A stretch of 32,000 bases of DNA, from NCBI GenBank assembly GCA_028700115.1, contig JAQVTI010000009.1, positions 4,841 to 36,840 on the forward strand, in the 5' to 3' direction. The DNA comes from Candidatus Iainarchaeum sp. (lineage in GTDB: Archaea > Iainarchaeota > Iainarchaeia > Iainarchaeales > CSSED10-239). The stretch's first letter is position 1. Each line of letters starts with the position of its first letter. Shown here one piece after another: positions 26,818-32,000 of the stretch. A program made the translations under genes and the position numbers. A model generated the notes under the pieces. It saw only the letters and a program-made list of their open reading frames with translations. It was not told where the DNA came from and searched no databases.

Positions 26818-28080
26818 ATGATGAAAAAAATATTTAAAATATTTATATTATTTGTAATTTTTTCAATAGGTGTTATATATGCAACTCCTAATTTACCATC
26901 TACTCCACATGCATTTTATGGAAATGTGACAAATGATGGAACTGCTTTAGAAACAGGTTGTGTTATTTGTACTGAAGTAAATGGAATAACAAATCTAAAT
27001 GATTGTATAACAACAGATCAATTAGGAAAATATGGTTATAATAGAAAATTAATTGCACAAAATGTAAATTTAGAAGATGGAAATATAGTTAAATTTAAAA
27101 TAGGTTCAACTTATGCAACTCAAACAGATGAATTTGAATCAGGAGAAATTACTTTTTTAGATTTAAGTTTTACTGGAGCAGATTGTTCAGAAGAACCTGA
27201 AGGAACTGATCCTAGTTCAGGAACTACTGGAGGTTCTGATAATACCTCTGGAACAACAGGTTCAAGTGGATCTACTGGATCAACTACAGGAACTACAGAT
27301 GATCAAAATACACAAAGCCCATCATATACTGGACAAGATAAACAAGGTATTTTAGATACAATTGATTTAGAAAAAGATTTTCCACAAACACAAAATAAAG
27401 ACGATTTACAAATAAATCTAATTGAAGAAAATTCATATTCAACAAATACAAATAGTTCAAACTTTGATTCTATTTTAGAAAAGATAGAAGATTCAAAAAA
27501 ACAAGAATTTAATGAACTAAAAAATAGATTAAATTCAAATAATAATCTAAGAAGTACAATAAATATAAAAGAATATGAAATAGTAAATCCAGATACAGGA
27601 GAAAAAAGTTATTCTACAAAAATAGAATTAAAACTTCAAGCTTTAGATAATTTAGAAGAAATTGAATATGTTTTAGTTATACCTAAAGAAATAGCACAAG
27701 ATGTATTGGAAATTATCTTTAATATAGAACCTTCTGAAGTTTTAAATGCAGACCCTGTTGTAAAATGGAATGTTGATAGTTTACAAAAAGGAGAAATCTT
27801 AGATTTATCTTATTTTGTAAAAAAAGAAATATTAATTCAAGATTTAGATTTTATTTCAATTAGTGGAGCAAAAGACGTAGATTTAGAAAATACAAATATT
27901 AATACAAATACTACTGGAGATAGTAATAATAATAATAATTCTCCTATAGATACAACTACTCCTTCAAATGCACCTTTTAAATCTAGATTGCCATATCTTA
28001 TAGGTATTTTAGTTGTTGCTATTATTATTGGAATAATTGTTGATATTTCTAAAAAAAAGAAAAAACATAAAGGGCTTTAA
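26818..28080 (+). CDS. Membrane-anchored extracellular protein with SGTTGG-rich linker
   Basis: N-terminal signal sequence, low-complexity Ser/Gly/Thr linker, and a C-terminal TM segment (LPYLIGILVVAIIIGIIVDI) followed by KKKKKHKGL. Confidence 0.8.
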   Translation: MMKKIFKIFILFVIFSIGVIYATPNLPSTPHAFYGNVTNDGTALETGCVICTEVNGITNLNDCITTDQLGKYGYNRKLIAQNVNLEDGNIVKFKIGSTYATQTDEFESGEITFLDLSFTGADCSEEPEGTDPSSGTTGGSDNTSGTTGSSGSTGSTTGTTDDQNTQSPSYTGQDKQGILDTIDLEKDFPQTQNKDDLQINLIEENSYSTNTNSSNFDSILEKIEDSKKQEFNELKNRLNSNNNLRSTINIKEYEIVNPDTGEKSYSTKIELKLQALDNLEEIEYVLVIPKEIAQDVLEIIFNIEPSEVLNADPVVKWNVDSLQKGEILDLSYFVKKEILIQDLDFISISGAKDVDLENTNINTNTTGDSNNNNNSPIDTTTPSNAPFKSRLPYLIGILVVAIIIGIIVDISKKKKKHKGL

Positions 28081-28210
28081 AGTCCTTTCTCCTCAAAGAA
28101 CAAATGTAATATAAACTATAAAATACAAAATATAAAATATTTTGTAGTTTGTGTATTTGTTCACATTTAAGTGGACTACCTTTTTAAATAGATTGGTGTA
28201 TAATTTAATT

Positions 28211-29181
28211 ATGAATAACAATAATTCCATTAAAAAGATATTAAAATCTTTAGAATATAAAAAAGAAAATAAAGATTATCTATTTTTAATTGAATGGATT
28301 AAAAAAAATTCAGAAAAAAAAGAATTTATTGGAATTATTAATTATCTTAAAGAATATGATTTTGGAAAAAGTTATTTTGATATACTTAATTGGATTAGAA
28401 AAAAAGAAAAATTAGAATTTGATTCTGATTTTAAAGTAACTTCTAAATACTTTAATAAATTTATAAAACCTAATCTTTCTTCAAAAACTCCTTCTTATAA
28501 TTTAATTAGTGAATTTATAAATTCACCAATTATTGAACTTTATAAAAACCAAAAAATAAATGTTTATGGTTTTTTTCAAGAAGCAAATAAATTTGTTTCA
28601 ACTATAAATAATCCATCTATAAACAAAACTGTTATAGATTATGATTTTTCAACATTTTCAGTAAGTATTCCTTCTATAAAAGGAACTTATGATCAAAAGG
28701 TCTCTATTTTTATGACTTATTGCCTTTAAATCAAAAAGAAATTCATACTTGTATTCAAAAAAGTCTTTCTTGTTGTCAAAAACAACTATTTAATTATTCA
28801 ATGAATATCTTTGTTTTTGATCTTGATAATAAATTTACAAAAGAAAGTCTTTCTTATTTATTTAGTAAACCTATTAAAAATTCAATAAATATTTGTGTTC
28901 TTTTAAATAAAAATAAAAAATCTAAAATATCTAAAGAAATTATGAAATCTTTAGAAAAATCTAACTTAAGTTTTATAATTTCAAAAGAAAGTTTAGATAT
29001 TTGTGAAAATATAATAAACTGTAGATCTTACTATAAACAAATAGGTAGGTTTATAGAAGATTTATGTGAATTTAAAGAAGATTTATACTTTTTCTTAAAA
29101 GTTTATAAAAAACCTATATTTTTAGAAAAAGCAAAAATGACACAAGATGTTTTTGAAAAAAATATTATTGATTTAAAATAA
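28211..29181 (+). pseudogene. Hypothetical protein, probably one gene split by a 1-nt frameshift near 28694-28701
   Basis: Frame 2 gives ...SIKGTYDQK, and frame 1 continues GLYFYDLLPLNQKEIHTCIQKSLSC. The two ORFs abut across an AAAA run. Confidence 0.6.
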
Positions 29182-29220
29182 TTTTTATATTTATCAATAT
29201 TTTTAATATAGGGAAAGGTG

Positions 29221-29688
29221 ATGTATATGGTTGAAGAAAAAAAAATAATAAATAGTGTGGACAAAAATAAAAAAGATATACAAATAAAATAACTTACTGA
29301 TAAATATAAAAAATTAATAACTAAATATATAAAATTAGATAAATCATATCATAAACAACAAACAAATTTATATGATCTAAGAAATGATTTTAGACATTTG
29401 AAAATAAGATATAAAAAACAAGAAGACGAATTAGATAGAATAAATAAAGAAAATACTAAACTTTCAAGAGAATATAAATCTGTAAATAATAGAAGATTAC
29501 ATTTATTATATCTTAAATGGAAATATGAATTTTTAAATAATAACTTAAAAGAAGATATTTCTAATTTCAAATTAGAAAATAATCAATTGGAAGAAAGAAA
29601 AAAAGTCTTAGATAGATATAGTAAACAACTAGGGTATAATGATTTTAAGGAAAATAAAGATTTATCTTAGGATAAATCTTTTTTATAA
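29221..29688 (+). pseudogene. Coiled-coil protein ORF with an in-frame TAA at 29290
   Basis: ATG 29221 reads MYMVEEKKIINSVDKNKKDIQIK*. The same frame then continues LTDKYKKLITKYIKLDKSYHKQQTNLYDLRNDFRHLKIRYKKQEDEL... Confidence 0.5.
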
Positions 29689-29700
29689 AATTATATTTTG

Positions 29701-29786
29701 AAATTTTTAATTTTATTTAAAAATTTGTGCTTTGCAAAATATATTTAAACAAAAAACACTTAAAGCTTACACATAATAATATAATA
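29701..29786 (+). promoter_or_regulatory. 86-bp upstream element, copy B
   Basis: Ungapped 77/86 match to 21865-21950. Lies 19 bp upstream of the helicase ATG. Confidence 0.8.
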
Positions 29787-29805
29787 TAGAGATGAATATA
29801 AAATG

Positions 29806-32000
29806 GAATTAAATACACAACAGAAAAAAGCAATAAATCTAACTAAAGGTCCGTGTGTTGTTCTTGCAGGAGCAGGAACTGGAAAAACTTATACAATTAG
29901 ACAAAAAATAAAACATTTAATAGAAAATAATTTTTATAAACCAAAAGAAATACTTTGTCTTACTTTTTCTAATGAAGCAACAAATAATTTAAGACAAAAA
30001 GTCTCAGAAGACATAAATGAACTTTCAAATGATTTAACAATTAAGACATTTCATTCTTTTTGTTATGAGATAATTAAAGAAAATACAGATTTTTTTAAAA
30101 TAAAAGAAGATTCACAAATAATCTCTCCAGATGACTTTAAAGTTTTTTTACATAAATATTTCAATATAGATGCATATTATTCAAATAGATATGTAAACAC
30201 TATACAAAACTGTAAAGACTTTGGAATAACTATAGAACAAATAAAACAATATATCCAAGACAAAATATTAGTTAACTTAATAGATATAGAACATATTGAA
30301 AAACTTAAAGAAATTTATAAAAATAAACAAAAAAGATTATCTACTTTATATCTAGAACTAAACAATGCAGATAAAGATTATAAAAAAGAACTAAAACAAG
30401 AAAAAAAAGAAATAAAAGAATTTATTGAAAACTATCAAAAATATATTAAATTTAATAAATTTATAGAAACTTGGGAAAAATACGAAGAATTCAAAAAAGA
30501 AAAAGGATATTTAGATTATGGAGATCTAAATAAGTTTGTTTTAGATTATTTTAAAGAAATAGGTTCAGAAAAATATGTAGATGAATACAAATATGTTTTT
30601 GTAGATGAATTTCAAGACACAAACAAACTACAATTTGAACTTATTAAATATATTGCAAAACACAAAAACATAACTGTAGTTGGAGACCTAAATCAATCTA
30701 TTTATGGATTTAGAGGAGCATATAAAGAAAGTTTTGAAGAATTTAAGAAATTCTTTAATGTTTTAGAAGAAGATATATGTAAATTAGATATTTCTTATAG
30801 ATCTACAAATAAAATCTTAAACACATCTTATGATCTTATAAAAAATAATTATGAAAATATTCAAGATTGTGTAAAAATACATAGTTTTAAAGAAAAAGAA
30901 GGAAATCAAGTAAAATGTATTAACTTTAATAATCAATATGAAGAAGCTAGATTTATTACAGATGATATTTTAGAAAAAAAAGAAAATATAAGTCTAGATA
31001 ATATATGTGTTCTTGTAAGAACACATAAACAAGCAGAAGTTATAAAACAAGCTTTAGAACTTAAGAAAATTCCATATGTTTATGCAGGTAAAAAAAACCT
31101 ATTAGATGCCCCTGAAATACAAACTGTAGTTTCATATCTTTCAGTTTTAAGTAACTTAATAGAAAGAAAAGCAATAGGAGATATTTCTTGGTGGAATTTG
31201 TTTCATTATTCTAACCTACTTAGTGCAAAAGACTCATATAAAATAGGTAAATTCTTAAAAGACAATAGATTCAAAGAAATTACAATAAATGATATCTTAT
31301 TAGAAACAAATAAAGAAGATTTAGGACTTTCTTTAGAAGGAAAAAAAATAATTCAAAGAATTTTACAAAGATTTGATAAGATTTTAAAAATATCAAATAA
31401 AAAAATTCCACAAATTGTTCTAGATATTTATGATATATGTGGAATAAATAGAAAATTTACATATGTAAGAAATCTAGAAAACACAGAACATCTTTATAAT
31501 CTTAAAAAATTTTATGAAATTTCAGAAAGTTTCTATAAAATGCATTCAAAAAGAATAGTTGATTTTGTTGAATATTTAGAAATTATAAACAAACTAAATA
31601 TAACAGTAGATGCAGAAAAAATAAACAATAAGAATGCAGTTAGACTTATGACAATACATGCAAGTAAAGGACTAGAGTTTAATACAGTGTATGTTACAAA
31701 TCTAGCAAAAGATAGATTTCCAGTAACTAGAACAAAAAACGATCCTCTTATACCAAAAGAGCTTTTAGAAGATAGAAGACTTAAAATTGAAGATATTAAA
31801 AAAGAAAACACCTCTTTAGATGAAAAAGAACTAGAAAAGTTAGTAGAAAAAGAAATAAAAAACTATGAAAAAGAGATCTTTATATATGAAGAGAGAAGAC
31901 TTTTCTATGTAGCTATAACTAGAGCAGAAGAAAATCTTTATTTTACATATGCAAAAAGTTATAATGATTCAGATAAAGAATATACAAAATCTGTTTTCCT
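29806..32000 (+). CDS. UvrD/Rep/AddA-type superfamily 1 DNA helicase (runs off the window)
   Basis: VVLAGAGTGKTYTIRQKI, TFSNEATNNLRQ, YVFVDEFQDTNKLQFEL, VVGDLNQSIYGFRGA, RLMTIHASKGLEFNTVYV, and RRLFYVAITRAEENLYF. Confidence 0.93.

Noticed and set aside
29349-31811. Minus-strand ORFs 29349..29570 and 31533..31811
   Set aside because: Antisense to the coiled-coil ORF and the SF1 helicase respectively.

Overview
AT-rich archaeal window, DPANN-like by gene content. A housekeeping backbone (DEAD-box helicase, form II/III-type RuBisCO, DUF134 / NifX-like / DUF5320 cassette, FKBP-type PPIase, bacterial-type seryl-tRNA synthetase, HIT protein) separates two tightly packed radical-SAM gene clusters. 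Locus 1 (+, about 1-5076) encodes a PqqD/RRE-like protein, a radical SAM-SPASM protein, a TPP-dependent enzyme, a stand-alone PEP-utilizer mobile (phosphohistidine swivel) domain, an unknown ~340 aa protein and a second radical SAM protein. Locus 2 (-, 20851-16416) encodes an unannotated 48-aa peptide with a strong AGGAGG, an anSME-like radical SAM-SPASM protein, a SAM methyltransferase, an unknown ~314 aa protein, a second stand-alone swivel domain, a short EpiD/HFCD-like flavoprotein and a second radical SAM-SPASM protein. By eye, the unknown proteins of the two loci are homologous (shared WP and FFGH blocks), and in both loci the gene sits directly beside the swivel-domain gene. This recurring module (radical SAM + lone phosphohistidine domain + WP/FFGH protein) is the best candidate for an undescribed peptide-modification or RiPP-like system. 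The right part (20.9-29.7 kb) holds gene fragments and frameshifted genes (CARF-wHTH regulator, DnaQ-like exonuclease fragment, Ig-like surface protein), a 4x23-bp tandem repeat, an internal ~160-bp duplication, and an 86-bp promoter-region duplicate shared with a UvrD/Rep-type helicase. No rRNA, tRNA, transposase or CRISPR array was recognised.
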